Below, one piece after another: positions 44,395 to 54,804 of a stretch of 64,000 nucleotides of DNA. Positions within the stretch are counted from its first letter, which is position 1, and each line of letters starts with the position of its first letter. A program made the translations under genes and the position numbers. The notes beneath the pieces were generated by a model, which saw only the letters and a program-made list of their open reading frames with translations, was not told the DNA's origin and made no database searches. The DNA is from a virus, in the IMG/VR virus record IMGVR_UViG_3300024346_000041, positions 1 through 64,000 of that record. One strand, given 5' to 3'.

Positions 44395-47300
44395 TTTAAT
44401 AAAAGACTTTAAAAGCATATGCACTTATAGAAACTTTCTTTTGCTACAGGAGGGGACAGGTCCTTTAATAAACTACCCTTTTATATTTCCTTCTAAGAAT
44501 AAGCATATAGTAGCAAAGCCAGGGCCTGACTTTTATCAGTGTGCTGATAAGTTAGCAGGCCCTGAGTATCCGGAAGCAGTAGATTTCTACTCTGACTTTC
44601 TTTACTTTAGGGCTTTGTACTGCCAAAACTTTAGTCTTCCAGTTTTGTTTAATGGAAACATATTAAACGTAAACATGGTTCCTGGTAGCGGTTGGATGGA
44701 CAACTGCAGGCCTGGTCCTTTTAGGAAGTTTAAATGCATGGTAGTTGGTAAGTGTGCTTCCAACTTAGACGTAGCTCATGGAAAGATAGTTTTAGGTAAT
44801 AATAAGAGTCAGTTATACAGTCACCTTTCAAATATTAAAGGGCTATCTGCTGCAGATTTTTATATGACTTGTTCTGTAAAACATACGCTGCTTGATCCTG
44901 CTAGCAATGCTCTTAAAGCAAATTGGATACATAACTGTGCTCCGCTGCTAAAGATAGAGATGGCATTGGTTAAGCCTGACTTCATGCTTCTACTTGGTGA
45001 CGAGGCTATCAAGGCTGTCCTTGGTAGAGACAAGCGCTTACATACATCTACTGGTAAAGTGTTTGAAGTTAACATTCCTTTGCCTGATGGATCTTTTCAC
45101 ACAGCAAAGGCTATAACCTGCGTTAACCCAGCTTACGTTCTTAGATACCCTGAGCATAGTGATAGATTTGAAGCTTCTTTGAACCACTTCTCTGCGTTAT
45201 GCAATGACGTAGAGTTCTTGTCTAAAGAAACTAATATAAATCACTTTGCCGTTAGAACTAGCGAAGAGCTTTTAAAAGTTAGAGACGAGATACTTAAAGA
45301 TACTGCACCAGTAGTAGCGGTTGACCTTGAGTGGAATGGTGCATGGCCTGGAGATAAGAACTCTTACGTTAGGACAGTGCAGCTATCTTGGAAGTCTGGA
45401 GTTGCTTGCAGTATAATCGTAAATCAGGCTGGAGGAGGCTTTGTATTTGACGGAGGCCCTGACGCTTTAAGCTCTATACTAAACTCAATATTCTATCCAG
45501 AAGATGGAAGGCACATCAGAGTTGTAGGTCATTACCTTACTTCTGACTTGCCTTGGCTCAAGTCTATAGGTGTTGATCTTTCAAGCTTATTTGTAGCTCC
45601 AGAGGACGACCCCGTAAGCATGTACGGTCCTGACTATAAGTTTGGTTTTGAAAAGACTAAAGACTTTGGCGGTTTTGATACACTTCTAGCTGCTCACTCT
45701 GTAAATGAGACTGACTACTTTAATTTAGAGGAGCAGGCTGTAAGGTACTGCGGAGTACCGAGATGGGAAGGGCCTATTCTTGATTGGCGTAAGTCTCACT
45801 GTAGGGCTAAGGGTATAAAAGATTCAGAGCTGGAAGGATACGGAGACTGCCCTGATGATGTCATTATACCTTATGGTTGTTATGACGCAGATGTTACAAG
45901 AAGGCTCTTTGACTACTACAACGGCCATGGCAGTGTTAAGGGTAAGCTTGACGCTGATAAGTACGGTAATAACTGTAGGCCTGCTTTTTGGCTGTCTTCA
46001 AGAGCGTATCCTGCGTTCATAGAGATGCACGAAAAAGGAATATTAATAGATAAAGCAAGAGTGTTAGAGCTTACTGACTCTTACAACCTTCTTTATGAAA
46101 ACTTGATGGTTAAGATAAGAGCCGTCATACATTGGCCCGACTATAATCCATCAAGTACATTTCATAACAGAGAGCTTCTTTTTGGTGAGGAGCTATCTGG
46201 TAAGAGGGACATAAACGGCGGGTTCATAAAACAAAGACCTGACGATGCTATGACTCTTTCTTTAACACCTTATAAGAGTACTGGTACAGGATCTAAAGGT
46301 AAACTGTGGGCTGACCTTATAACCAAAAGGGAAGAGCACATGTATACCGCTGCCGTAGACAAGGAGACTCTTACCATATTGGCAGAAAAGCACCCAGTAG
46401 TGGCTATGCTTAGAGACATAAGGTCGCTTCATTACTTACGGACTACTGTTCTTAGAGGTCCAGACTTTGATGACGCAGGTAATGAGAAGACTGATTCTGA
46501 AGGTGACATAGTTTATGACAAGGGCATTCTCTCGTACATGAATGCTGACGACAGAGTTAGATCTATGTTTAGCCAGACTAAAGAAACAGGCCGTGCTTCT
46601 TCATCTAGGCCAAATATGCAGAACCTCGGAAAGACTATAGAAGAAAAGTACAAAGGTATATTTAAGCTGCATGGTAAAGACCTTGGAATGAACTATACGT
46701 ATCCTCTCAGGTCTGTGATAAGTGCAAGGCCTGGAACTGTACTGGTAGAGGCTGACTATACTGGCGCTGAACTGGCAATCATGGCTTGGCAGTCTGGTGA
46801 TAAGAACATGATTGACCATGTTCGTAGAGCTAACCTTCCAGAGGATCACCCAGACCACTACGACATCCATAGTAATGTGGCTGTAAATACATTTAGGTTG
46901 AATTGCCCAGCTACCAAGAAAGGACTCAAGGATATAGGTAAGTCAGGTATTAGAACAGCTGCTAAAGCTGTGGTATTTGGTTACGCCTATGGTCAGGGGG
47001 CTGACTCTACCGCTAGAAAAGCTAAGCAAGAGGGTGTCATAATATCTGTAAGAGAAGCTCAAGAGCTTATAGATGGTTTGGTTGCAATGTACCCTAAGCT
47101 TCCTTTGTACTTCAATGAGTGCAAGTCTAGAGTCAAACACCCAGGCTGGATGAGCAATGCTTTTGGAAGATACAGGAGATTTTCTCCTAGTGAAGATAGG
47201 CTTGTCGTGGCTGAGTATGAACGACAAAGCATGAATTTTCCAATCCAATCTGCGGTAGCTGACGCTATGTCATGCGCCCTAGATCACATATACAGCTACA

Positions 47301-47593
47301 GAAGCGCTGCACCAGTAGGCATGACCTACGACATAATACTTCAGGTTCACGATGCCGTGATTCTTGAGGTTCCATATGCTTGTGTAGAGTGGGTAGTTGA
47401 TACTGTCTTGCCGGTCTGTATGAGTGACAAGGTTGAAATTAGATCTTGTAATTTAGACGGAACGATGAGGAGCGGTAGTAACGGTCCTTTTCATCTAGGT
47501 ATAGCAACGGAGGTATTCACTAAGTGGTCGATACCGCTTACCAAAGAGGACTGTAAAGTTATGGGCATACCTGAGAGGTTTGCCCAGCATTAG
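44387..47593 (+). CDS. polA: Family A DNA polymerase with N-terminal UDG-like and 3'-5' exonuclease domains
   Basis: UDG4-like KPDFMLLLG..A, NPAYVLR; exonuclease VDLEW, YGCYDAD; TGRASSSRPNMQN, ADYTGAEL, RTAAKAVVFGYAYG, NFPIQS, QVHDA. Confidence 0.95.
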   Translation: MIDLIKDFKSICTYRNFLLLQEGTGPLINYPFIFPSKNKHIVAKPGPDFYQCADKLAGPEYPEAVDFYSDFLYFRALYCQNFSLPVLFNGNILNVNMVPGSGWMDNCRPGPFRKFKCMVVGKCASNLDVAHGKIVLGNNKSQLYSHLSNIKGLSAADFYMTCSVKHTLLDPASNALKANWIHNCAPLLKIEMALVKPDFMLLLGDEAIKAVLGRDKRLHTSTGKVFEVNIPLPDGSFHTAKAITCVNPAYVLRYPEHSDRFEASLNHFSALCNDVEFLSKETNINHFAVRTSEELLKVRDEILKDTAPVVAVDLEWNGAWPGDKNSYVRTVQLSWKSGVACSIIVNQAGGGFVFDGGPDALSSILNSIFYPEDGRHIRVVGHYLTSDLPWLKSIGVDLSSLFVAPEDDPVSMYGPDYKFGFEKTKDFGGFDTLLAAHSVNETDYFNLEEQAVRYCGVPRWEGPILDWRKSHCRAKGIKDSELEGYGDCPDDVIIPYGCYDADVTRRLFDYYNGHGSVKGKLDADKYGNNCRPAFWLSSRAYPAFIEMHEKGILIDKARVLELTDSYNLLYENLMVKIRAVIHWPDYNPSSTFHNRELLFGEELSGKRDINGGFIKQRPDDAMTLSLTPYKSTGTGSKGKLWADLITKREEHMYTAAVDKETLTILAEKHPVVAMLRDIRSLHYLRTTVLRGPDFDDAGNEKTDSEGDIVYDKGILSYMNADDRVRSMFSQTKETGRASSSRPNMQNLGKTIEEKYKGIFKLHGKDLGMNYTYPLRSVISARPGTVLVEADYTGAELAIMAWQSGDKNMIDHVRRANLPEDHPDHYDIHSNVAVNTFRLNCPATKKGLKDIGKSGIRTAAKAVVFGYAYGQGADSTARKAKQEGVIISVREAQELIDGLVAMYPKLPLYFNECKSRVKHPGWMSNAFGRYRRFSPSEDRLVVAEYERQSMNFPIQSAVADAMSCALDHIYSYRSAAPVGMTYDIILQVHDAVILEVPYACVEWVVDTVLPVCMSDKVEIRSCNLDGTMRSGSNGPFHLGIATEVFTKWSIPLTKEDCKVMGIPERFAQH

Positions 47594-47602
47594 GAGGATG
47601 AC

Positions 47603-48142
47603 ATGTACGAGTTGAATAAGAGAGATAAAGCTGCAATTAGAGCTGCTGAACTACTAGGTCCACATAGTGCAGCAGCTGTAAGGGAAATGCTTATAAAAGA
47701 AGGAAACGCTAGACTTAAGATGGATAGGCGTATGGAGATGCTAATGTCAGGTTCTCAAGCTGCGGAGGATATGATCTTAGCAGAAGATGCTATGGAAGAG
47801 GATGCCATGGAAAAAGACAAAAGAACTTTAAAAGAAAAAAGAAAATGGGCCGACGATGAAGACCCTATTCACCAATGTTGCGTATGTAACAAGTCATTGC
47901 CACAGCATCATTGGCAACTACCAAATACTGGTACGGACCACGGCGAGGAGTGTTATTTCTGCGACATGCCTACGTGTCTAGAGTGCATAGACCATGATGC
48001 ACCGCATGCTATAGGAAATGATGAATTAGAGGGGGAGACAGTATGCAAGTCTTGCTGCGAGAAACAAGTTAAACTACGTGATGGTAAAGACCAAGACGAT
48101 GAAGACGATTCTATAGCTGAGGCGGAAGACCACCCAAGCTAG
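47603..48142 (+). CDS. Cys-rich zinc-finger protein
   Basis: AGGAGG RBS; four CxxC pairs. Confidence 0.7.
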   Translation: MYELNKRDKAAIRAAELLGPHSAAAVREMLIKEGNARLKMDRRMEMLMSGSQAAEDMILAEDAMEEDAMEKDKRTLKEKRKWADDEDPIHQCCVCNKSLPQHHWQLPNTGTDHGEECYFCDMPTCLECIDHDAPHAIGNDELEGETVCKSCCEKQVKLRDGKDQDDEDDSIAEAEDHPS

Positions 48143-48166
48143 TGTTAACCTAAGCTGTATAACCTA

Positions 48167-48193
48167 TGATCCCAAAATATCTTTTGGGATTAT
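48167..48193. terminator. Intergenic hairpin
   Basis: TGATCCCAAAA-TATC-TTTTGGGATTA. Confidence 0.45.
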
Positions 48194-48217
48194 ACTTTTA
48201 TTAAAAAGGATGACAAC

Positions 48218-48730
48218 ATGGCAGCAATTGACGTGTGGTACACGATAGAAGATAAAAACTTATATAAGACTGAAGAAAATGATGGAGCTCGTTATGTGCG
48301 TAAAGGAGCAGAACGCACAAAAACTCTTCTATGCACAGTTGAACAGGCTGCAGGACATTACCCACGTGAGCTTGCTAAAGCATACCCAGTAAAGTCCATG
48401 ACTGACGAACAGAAGGATAGAGCGGTAGTTGAACAGCCTAAGATGGATGTTAGACCTGCTCTTCGGTCTAGTGATAATACAGAGTGCTCGTGTTGTAAAG
48501 ACGTTATAACCCATGCCAGAGTATTGAGCACGGCTCGTTACCCTATTTTATGCCTCATATGCTACCGCGAGTTACACCTAGGCAAGATTGTAAATCAAAA
48601 CATATCGTTCTTTGGGGGTAGGTTAGACTACAACTTTGAAAAGCATGAGAACGAAATGAGCGGACTCCAATCTAACGCTATAAGAGCTATGGAAGGACCT
48701 GATGGTATTTTTGATGACATTTTTATTTAA
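48218..48730 (+). CDS. Hypothetical protein with CxxC pairs
   Basis: AAGGA RBS; CSCC...CLIC. Confidence 0.65.
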   Translation: MAAIDVWYTIEDKNLYKTEENDGARYVRKGAERTKTLLCTVEQAAGHYPRELAKAYPVKSMTDEQKDRAVVEQPKMDVRPALRSSDNTECSCCKDVITHARVLSTARYPILCLICYRELHLGKIVNQNISFFGGRLDYNFEKHENEMSGLQSNAIRAMEGPDGIFDDIFI

Positions 48731-48745
48731 TCAAAAGGAGATTAA

Positions 48746-49222
48746 ATGAGCTGTAACTTAATAGAACTTACAGAGGCATTAAGCAACCTGTCTATACTAA
48801 TAAATGTAGACCATATTGTAAGCGTAAGCTCGGTTAGATGCGTAGAAATGCGAACTAGATACGTTAGGCGTCCATCGTCTAGAGTTGCTTGCTCTCAAGG
48901 TGTCAGCTTTGATGTATTGGAAAGCGTAAAGGACATTTATCATAAATATTTACAAATTAATAAAAGCGACGAGGCTTATAAGTCAATAGTTAGTCAGGAC
49001 CATATTCTAAACAAGCCAATATTTCCTACGTTAAAACTTAATACTAGAACTGTTAGATCTATTTTGCATGAATTTAAGGGTACAACTCTTTCAGAGTTTA
49101 TACAGTTATCTGCTGTAGACATTCTTGATTGGAGAAACGTGGGTGTAATTTCTCTTGCGCAGCTTCGTGCTGAGCTAAAGAGAGTAGGCCTAAGCCTTAA
49201 GGGAGATGAATGTGTTTCATAA
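48746..49222 (+). CDS. FlbD-like N-terminal domain fused to an RNAP alpha-CTD-like domain
   Basis: LIELT..ILINVDHIVSV..V.ESVKDI; ILNKPI..LKLNTRT...TLSEF.QLS..DIL..RNVG..SL.QLR..L...GLSL. Confidence 0.7.
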   Translation: MSCNLIELTEALSNLSILINVDHIVSVSSVRCVEMRTRYVRRPSSRVACSQGVSFDVLESVKDIYHKYLQINKSDEAYKSIVSQDHILNKPIFPTLKLNTRTVRSILHEFKGTTLSEFIQLSAVDILDWRNVGVISLAQLRAELKRVGLSLKGDECVS

Positions 49223-49252
49223 ATTTAACTTAAACGTGAAAGGGTTATAGCC

Positions 49253-49699
49253 ATGGGCGTATGTAAATTTAAAGTTAGCGAAGTGTTAAGGTGTGTAGTT
49301 CACGCTGTAAAGAACACTCCAGACGACGGGTTCTCTGTTCCGTCAGTACTATTAGTGCACGATAGCGGCGTGTACATTATGAGCAATGCTAGCCCTGCTG
49401 ATTTAGAAGGACCAAAATCATACGTAGCCTATGCTGAAGGCTGCAATCCTAGTAAAGACAGTGACTACTATCAAACTGCTAGAAGCTTGGTAGGCGGAGA
49501 TGACTTTGGAGAGGTTATAAAGCTTGATGAATCAACTATATCTAATTTTGCATCATATAAAGATCTATCCGTGTTAGTTACTGATAGTAATATAGAATTT
49601 ACTTTTTCAAATCCAAATAGCAAGAAACCGACTGAGCCTTTGGCTGAACTGTGCTCATCTCTTGAGACAGCACTTAAGAACGCTAATTACATTGAGTAA
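49253..49699 (+). CDS. DUF3085-like protein
   Basis: LLVHDSGVYIMSN, VAYAEGCNP, GGDDFGE. Confidence 0.7.
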   Translation: MGVCKFKVSEVLRCVVHAVKNTPDDGFSVPSVLLVHDSGVYIMSNASPADLEGPKSYVAYAEGCNPSKDSDYYQTARSLVGGDDFGEVIKLDESTISNFASYKDLSVLVTDSNIEFTFSNPNSKKPTEPLAELCSSLETALKNANYIE

Positions 49700-49713
49700 C
49701 TAAAGGAGTAAAA

Positions 49714-49911
49714 ATGGAATATCAAGTGATAGTTTCCGACAATGCTTACGAGCTTACAAAGGAAATAAAAGATCTTATCAGTAATGGATGGGAGATTAGA
49801 GGATCTCATCAGGTAGCTCTTCGTAGAGTTCAAAATAGGTTCTCTGGAGAGCGGCATATGGATAGTTTGAATCAGCTTGAGTACTCTCAAACTATGATTA
49901 AAAAGGAATAA
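49714..49911 (+). CDS. DUF1737-like small protein
   Basis: EYQVI....L...I...I..GW...G....YSQTMIK; AAGGAG RBS. Confidence 0.6.
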   Translation: MEYQVIVSDNAYELTKEIKDLISNGWEIRGSHQVALRRVQNRFSGERHMDSLNQLEYSQTMIKKE

Positions 49912-49916
49912 TAATT

Positions 49917-50348
49917 ATGGCAGAGCCTCTAGTTCACTCGCTTAGCTCGGCTAGGCAGTTTGGCGGTAAGCCTGAAGATTATATAGCAATCCACGAGAAG
50001 ATGGATTGCAGTAAGAAGTACTGCGGAGATAACCGACATAGAGCACTTACACATAGCCACTTTTGGATATACGAAGTAATGGAGCCCATTTTCGGAAAGA
50101 CAATTACAAACAGCGACGGAAAGATAGTCAGCATATATAGAATATGTGAACAGCATATCAATGAGGACTTTAAGTTTAAGTTCTTTCCAAACGTGATGGA
50201 TTATCTTTCTGAGATGAATCTCACTCCTTGGATGAATAATGCTATGGGGCCAGCCCCTAGAACTAAGACATACTTGGCCGATTCTGAATCTGAACTTAGA
50301 AAAGTAACTAGAACAATTAACCTGCAATCAATTGGAGAAACAAAATGA
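49917..50348 (+). CDS. DUF6915-like protein
   Basis: HSLSSARQFGGKPEDYIAIH..MD.SK....D.RHRALTH, I.NSDG, EQHI.ED. Confidence 0.7.
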   Translation: MAEPLVHSLSSARQFGGKPEDYIAIHEKMDCSKKYCGDNRHRALTHSHFWIYEVMEPIFGKTITNSDGKIVSIYRICEQHINEDFKFKFFPNVMDYLSEMNLTPWMNNAMGPAPRTKTYLADSESELRKVTRTINLQSIGETK

Positions 50349-50953
50349 CTAGTGACGATATTATGACTTATATTGAAAACGCTGCTAAAACTTACAATTT
50401 AATTGGAAGTTTTAGTACAGACTTTTCAGGCGCAGGTGACTCATTTAGCGACTTTGACTCTACGTCTGTAACTTGCATACATTGCGGTGTGACTAGAACT
50501 TCTTACGATTTAATATACAGAAGCTCTCCTGTTAGAATGATTCCAGCTCATGATACAAAATGCCCATGTTCAATAAGCAGTGCTTTGGCTGCTGAGTTTG
50601 AGCAGCAGGCTTTAGACGTCATTTGTTTTACCCCTGTTGATACTAGAACTACAGCTCCACTTTCTAATGTAAATTTATGGGCTGCTAAAGAAGATCTTTT
50701 GTTTCAAATTATAGATCTTGATGCTAGGTCTGATTTTAATAATGACGGATGCAGAGGCGCTATAAGCATTTATTTTAACACCTTAACAGTAGATATAGAG
50801 GTCTCAGAATACGAGCAAGTTTGTAACGACTTAGGTACTAACACTTACGACAAAAGTTATTTTACTGGAGTTAAAGAGCCTGAAGTTAGTAAGGATCCAA
50901 AAGTAGATGTAGATGCTTTAGGCGACTTTAAAACATGGTTAACGCCTTCATAG
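50345..50953 (+). CDS. Hypothetical protein (DUF6878-like)
   Basis: FSGAGDS and FNNDG.RG motifs; ATGA-coupled to the DUF6915-like gene. Confidence 0.55.
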   Translation: MTSDDIMTYIENAAKTYNLIGSFSTDFSGAGDSFSDFDSTSVTCIHCGVTRTSYDLIYRSSPVRMIPAHDTKCPCSISSALAAEFEQQALDVICFTPVDTRTTAPLSNVNLWAAKEDLLFQIIDLDARSDFNNDGCRGAISIYFNTLTVDIEVSEYEQVCNDLGTNTYDKSYFTGVKEPEVSKDPKVDVDALGDFKTWLTPS

Positions 50954-50961
50954 TTATTTTG

Positions 50962-50989
50962 TTTACATCGCAAATACGAATGGTAAACT
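50962..50989 (+). promoter_or_regulatory. Sigma70-like promoter
   Basis: TTTACA-N16-TAAACT with extended -10 TG. Confidence 0.45.
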
Positions 50990-51020
50990 GTGCCCTTATT
51001 AACTTTGTAAGGGGTCAACT

Positions 51021-51524
51021 ATGATAGCTTTCTGTGGATACGGCAGGTCTGGTAAAGACACGTCTGCTTATATGTTTTCTAAGATTACAGGTATTCCATA
51101 CGCAGGCAGCATATCTTGGATGCACAAAGAGATAGTCGCTGCAAAACTAGGTATTCCTGACCAGTTAGCCTGGGACACTAGGCATGAAATAAGAGAAGAC
51201 TGGAAGCGAATACTAGAAGAGTACAGGGGTGATGACCCTGCCAAATTAATCAGGACTTGTTTAAAATTTAGCCCTATTGTGTGTGGTGCAAGAACTTTTT
51301 TAGAGTTACAAGCTGCTTTACAGGAAGGACTTATAAAAATAGCAGTTTGGGTTGATAGGCCAGGTATTGCCAAAGACCCAACGGTAACCTATACTTCTTC
51401 TAACTGCACTCATGTTTTGAACAACGCTGGAGACTTAAGAGAACTTAACAACCAGATAGCGGCATTCATAAGTGTAAATTTTTCTAACGGGTCTAACGGT
51501 CTAATGGTTCCTAGTGGTCTTTAG
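51021..51524 (+). CDS. Deoxynucleotide monophosphate kinase-like P-loop protein
   Basis: IAFCGYGRSGKDT, VWVDRPG, LNNAG.L..L. Confidence 0.7.
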   Translation: MIAFCGYGRSGKDTSAYMFSKITGIPYAGSISWMHKEIVAAKLGIPDQLAWDTRHEIREDWKRILEEYRGDDPAKLIRTCLKFSPIVCGARTFLELQAALQEGLIKIAVWVDRPGIAKDPTVTYTSSNCTHVLNNAGDLRELNNQIAAFISVNFSNGSNGLMVPSGL

Positions 51525-51664
51525 ATGAATCGAGTCTACGTGACGTACAGCACATCGACAATTCGTTTTAAAAATCCAAAAAGTCTATTAGGCTATTTAA
51601 ATCCGTCACACAGTGTTCCGGAACAGCGCCGTGCTGTTCCAATTTTTTCATTTGGAGGTCTTTT

Positions 51665-52951
51665 ATGTCTTTAGGTATTAGTTTGCCAAACTTTGATTCT
51701 AGGCCAGATTCTAATAGGGGTGACCATACCCTTAAGTCAGGAGCTGGTATCATTATGCGTCCTTCGTGGACAAAGAGTGATGCTACTGTAATTCGCCCAT
51801 TTCCTTGTACAGAAGGCAATAGCTTTCAACCTGCAAGGTATAGCGAATCTGAGTGTTCTAAGTGGTTTTTTGAGTGCACCATGGTATCAAGCTTTGGTAA
51901 CCCTCAGAAAAGCTGGATTGCTTACGATCCAGAGGACCACAACTACGAGGTAAGGAGCAATCCTAGTGTTATGGTGTATGACTTGGCTTATCAGGTAGCC
52001 AACAACACTAATGTACGCGGTCCTCAAGAGTGGGCTCTTGCTATTAAAGGCGGAGCTGGTAAGTCTGCTACTGTTTCTAAGCCTGATAGAGTGCTTATTG
52101 TAAGATGTGCAGTTTATGAGTACAAAGGGGAACCAAAACAACCTGTGGATGGGCTAGCTCCTCATCACCAGACTGTTTTTATGGTACTCAAAAAGTCAGC
52201 TGCTCAAGCACTTATTAGAGAGGTAAGCTTGTTAAAGCCTGACGGTGCTAGTTCTACTGGTAACGTCAATGACAAGTTTAAGAGTGGTGACGTAGTATCC
52301 GTTAAGGACGGAGCATTCCTAGTCTTTTACGAGATTGGTATGACTCCAAGAGGTTATGAAGCTCCTGCTTTATCTCCAGCTAGCTACGGCAAGCCACAGG
52401 GCAAAGGCTACGATTGTTTAATCAGCAAGACGTACAGAGGCCAACCAGCCAGCTTTACTGATGCAGAGATAGAGATCGTAGCTAGAAGGACTGCTACCCC
52501 TATTAGAGACAACCTAAACTTCCCTTCTGACGAGGAGCAGATTAGGTATGTAGTTGATAGTATGAGAGGACAAGCTGCTCACGCTGGTCTAGTAGTTCAT
52601 GCTTTACGTGATAGATATGAACGTTTCTTGCCTAACGACTTCCTAAACTTTGGTAATGAATACCTTAGGCAGGTTGGTTTAATGGCTACAGCCGTATCTA
52701 ACCCAGGTTATGCTCAGCCTGTACTTCCTACTTACCCTGCACCTGTGTACGCTCCAGCTCAGGCGTATGCTCCAACTCCTGTTCAGGCTCCTGCTCAGGC
52801 TACGGTTAAGGCTGCTCCACAAGCTTATCCAGATCCACAGAAGATTGTTAACGCAGCAGCAGCTGCGCCAGAGATCGACTTAGATAAGGATGCACTTATG
52901 GCTCAGCTAAGAGAGTTAAGGGCTAAAGCTGGAATTACTGACGCTAAGTAG
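51665..52951 (+). CDS. Hypothetical protein, possibly ssDNA-binding; Pro/Ala-rich tail
   Basis: GGAGG RBS; lies directly upstream of RecA; function is inference only. Confidence 0.6.
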   Translation: MSLGISLPNFDSRPDSNRGDHTLKSGAGIIMRPSWTKSDATVIRPFPCTEGNSFQPARYSESECSKWFFECTMVSSFGNPQKSWIAYDPEDHNYEVRSNPSVMVYDLAYQVANNTNVRGPQEWALAIKGGAGKSATVSKPDRVLIVRCAVYEYKGEPKQPVDGLAPHHQTVFMVLKKSAAQALIREVSLLKPDGASSTGNVNDKFKSGDVVSVKDGAFLVFYEIGMTPRGYEAPALSPASYGKPQGKGYDCLISKTYRGQPASFTDAEIEIVARRTATPIRDNLNFPSDEEQIRYVVDSMRGQAAHAGLVVHALRDRYERFLPNDFLNFGNEYLRQVGLMATAVSNPGYAQPVLPTYPAPVYAPAQAYAPTPVQAPAQATVKAAPQAYPDPQKIVNAAAAAPEIDLDKDALMAQLRELRAKAGITDAK

Positions 52952-52962
52952 TAGTTAACCTA

Positions 52963-52989
52963 AGACCCTCCAGAGTTACTGGAGGGTCT
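52963..52989 (+). terminator. 11-bp hairpin
   Basis: AGACCCTCCAG-AGTTA-CTGGAGGGTCT. Confidence 0.55.
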
Positions 52990-53020
52990 ATAATACATAT
53001 ATAAATAAGGAGATAGATAC

Positions 53021-54232
53021 ATGGCTAAGAGAAAGTGGGACCCAGACGTAAAGATAACAGCATCTGACTTTTTTTCTTCACAGATGACATCTTCACAGGC
53101 TGAGCTTGGACGTAACGACACTTATATTGGATCAGAGTCTCAAAGGGTTATCATAGGCATTCCATTGCCTGCGTTTAGCCTAAGATACTTGTTCCAAAAC
53201 GACTGTTTTCCATTAAGCAGGATGACAGAACTGTATGGTATCAACGAGTCTTGTAAGTCAGCAATGTTGTATGAGATGTTTAGATGGCATGTTAATGCAG
53301 GTGGTGGGTACATCTTCAACCTAGCCGAACCTAAAGATAGCCCTGATCTTAGGTCTAGTATAATTGGCCATGAGGCTGATAGAAAGTGGCCAACTCAGAC
53401 TTGTAACAGCATAGAGGATTGGCAGGAGAACATAACAAAATGGCTTAAAGAAAGTAGAAAAGCTTTTTCTGAGTCAGGGTCTTGCCCTTTTCCTGGAGCC
53501 ATTGGAGTCGACTCTTTAACAGCTGTTGCAACTAGAGCAGAGATTGCTGCGATATGGGAAAAGGGTTTTGCACAGATAAACTTTGCAAAAGGTGCAAACA
53601 TTATTAACACCTATTGTAAGTTTGTGTTTTCAGAGATTAGAGTGTGGCCTTTTAGCTTCATTGGAGTTAACCATATGAAGGTAGGTAAGGACGCAAACGG
53701 TATTCCAGAGTATAAGATACCTGGAGGCCAATCGTTAGATTTTTATGCTACTTTTAAAATAAGAATGCAAAGGAAGGACGACATAGACAGGCTTGATGAG
53801 TCTGGTCGTTTAATTAAGTTTATTATGGATAAGAACAGCCTTGGAACGGCTCCAGAGCGAAGGTCCATACTAGCTCCTATGAAGTGGACATTTGACGAGA
53901 ATGGAGTTCAAACCACTTGGTGGGATTGGCATGAGGCAAGCATACGCATCATAGAAGGAATGACTTCAGTACGTAAGAAGGTTATTACTGACATCACAGG
54001 ACTTAAAAACATTGATAAGTCACGCAGGACTGCTGACTGCTCAAAGTTGGGCTTGGTAGGAGCTAGCTGGACTGAAGTAGGAGCAGCTATTGACGCAGAC
54101 GTAGCTATGAGAGAAGAACTTGACGCTTCTCAAGGTATACGAAAGCGTAGACCTTTTGTTTTAGGCGTTCCCTACTCAACTCAGATGAGGGAAGCATGTG
54201 AAGCTGGAGAAGTTGAGAAAGTGGGTGTGTAA
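53021..54232 (+). CDS. recA: RecA/UvsX-like recombinase
   Basis: PLSRMTELYGINESCKS, GVDSL, IGVNH, PGGQSLDFYATFKI, KNS. Confidence 0.85.
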   Translation: MAKRKWDPDVKITASDFFSSQMTSSQAELGRNDTYIGSESQRVIIGIPLPAFSLRYLFQNDCFPLSRMTELYGINESCKSAMLYEMFRWHVNAGGGYIFNLAEPKDSPDLRSSIIGHEADRKWPTQTCNSIEDWQENITKWLKESRKAFSESGSCPFPGAIGVDSLTAVATRAEIAAIWEKGFAQINFAKGANIINTYCKFVFSEIRVWPFSFIGVNHMKVGKDANGIPEYKIPGGQSLDFYATFKIRMQRKDDIDRLDESGRLIKFIMDKNSLGTAPERRSILAPMKWTFDENGVQTTWWDWHEASIRIIEGMTSVRKKVITDITGLKNIDKSRRTADCSKLGLVGASWTEVGAAIDADVAMREELDASQGIRKRRPFVLGVPYSTQMREACEAGEVEKVGV

Positions 54233-54790
54233 ATGGTAAGTAGTGAAGAGTTTTTCAGCAAGAGGCCGGTAGGAATAGATTCGGAGGCTGTCTCAGTTGA
54301 GGCAGCCTTAAGAGTCCTTGTTAATAGGTTTCCTTGCATTGGTTCGTTTCCTCATCTTAAGAGGCTTTGCAAAGAACAAACTGGTGATACCAAGGTTACA
54401 TTATCTTGGTTTTACGAAGAGTATCCTAATTTTCCAATTAGGGTAGTTTATAAAAACATTCCATGGATAAGAGACATGTGGGCTGGTTTACATAGCGGTT
54501 TTAAGAAGACCGAACTATATGCTGCTTGGAAAAGTAATGAAGACGCCATCAAGCTTAGCGGTGTTGATGACTTTCTTACAAAGCCTACAGCAGTAGTGTT
54601 CAACTGGCCCAGTTGGAAGATGTGTTGTATCCATAACTTAGAGTCGAAACAATTTGGCGGTTCTTGGTACAGCGTGGCCGCCGCCAAAGACGATGACTGC
54701 TTAAAGATCTACAAGTCTTTAAAGAACGGAGAAAGCTTTGTGATCGAGCCGTTCGAGCAGCTTCTTGATTCGATCACATGGTCTAATTAA
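54233..54790 (+). CDS. Hypothetical protein
   Basis: Abuts recA. Confidence 0.65.
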   Translation: MVSSEEFFSKRPVGIDSEAVSVEAALRVLVNRFPCIGSFPHLKRLCKEQTGDTKVTLSWFYEEYPNFPIRVVYKNIPWIRDMWAGLHSGFKKTELYAAWKSNEDAIKLSGVDDFLTKPTAVVFNWPSWKMCCIHNLESKQFGGSWYSVAAAKDDDCLKIYKSLKNGESFVIEPFEQLLDSITWSN

Positions 54791-54804
54791 CGAAAGGATT
54801 TCTA

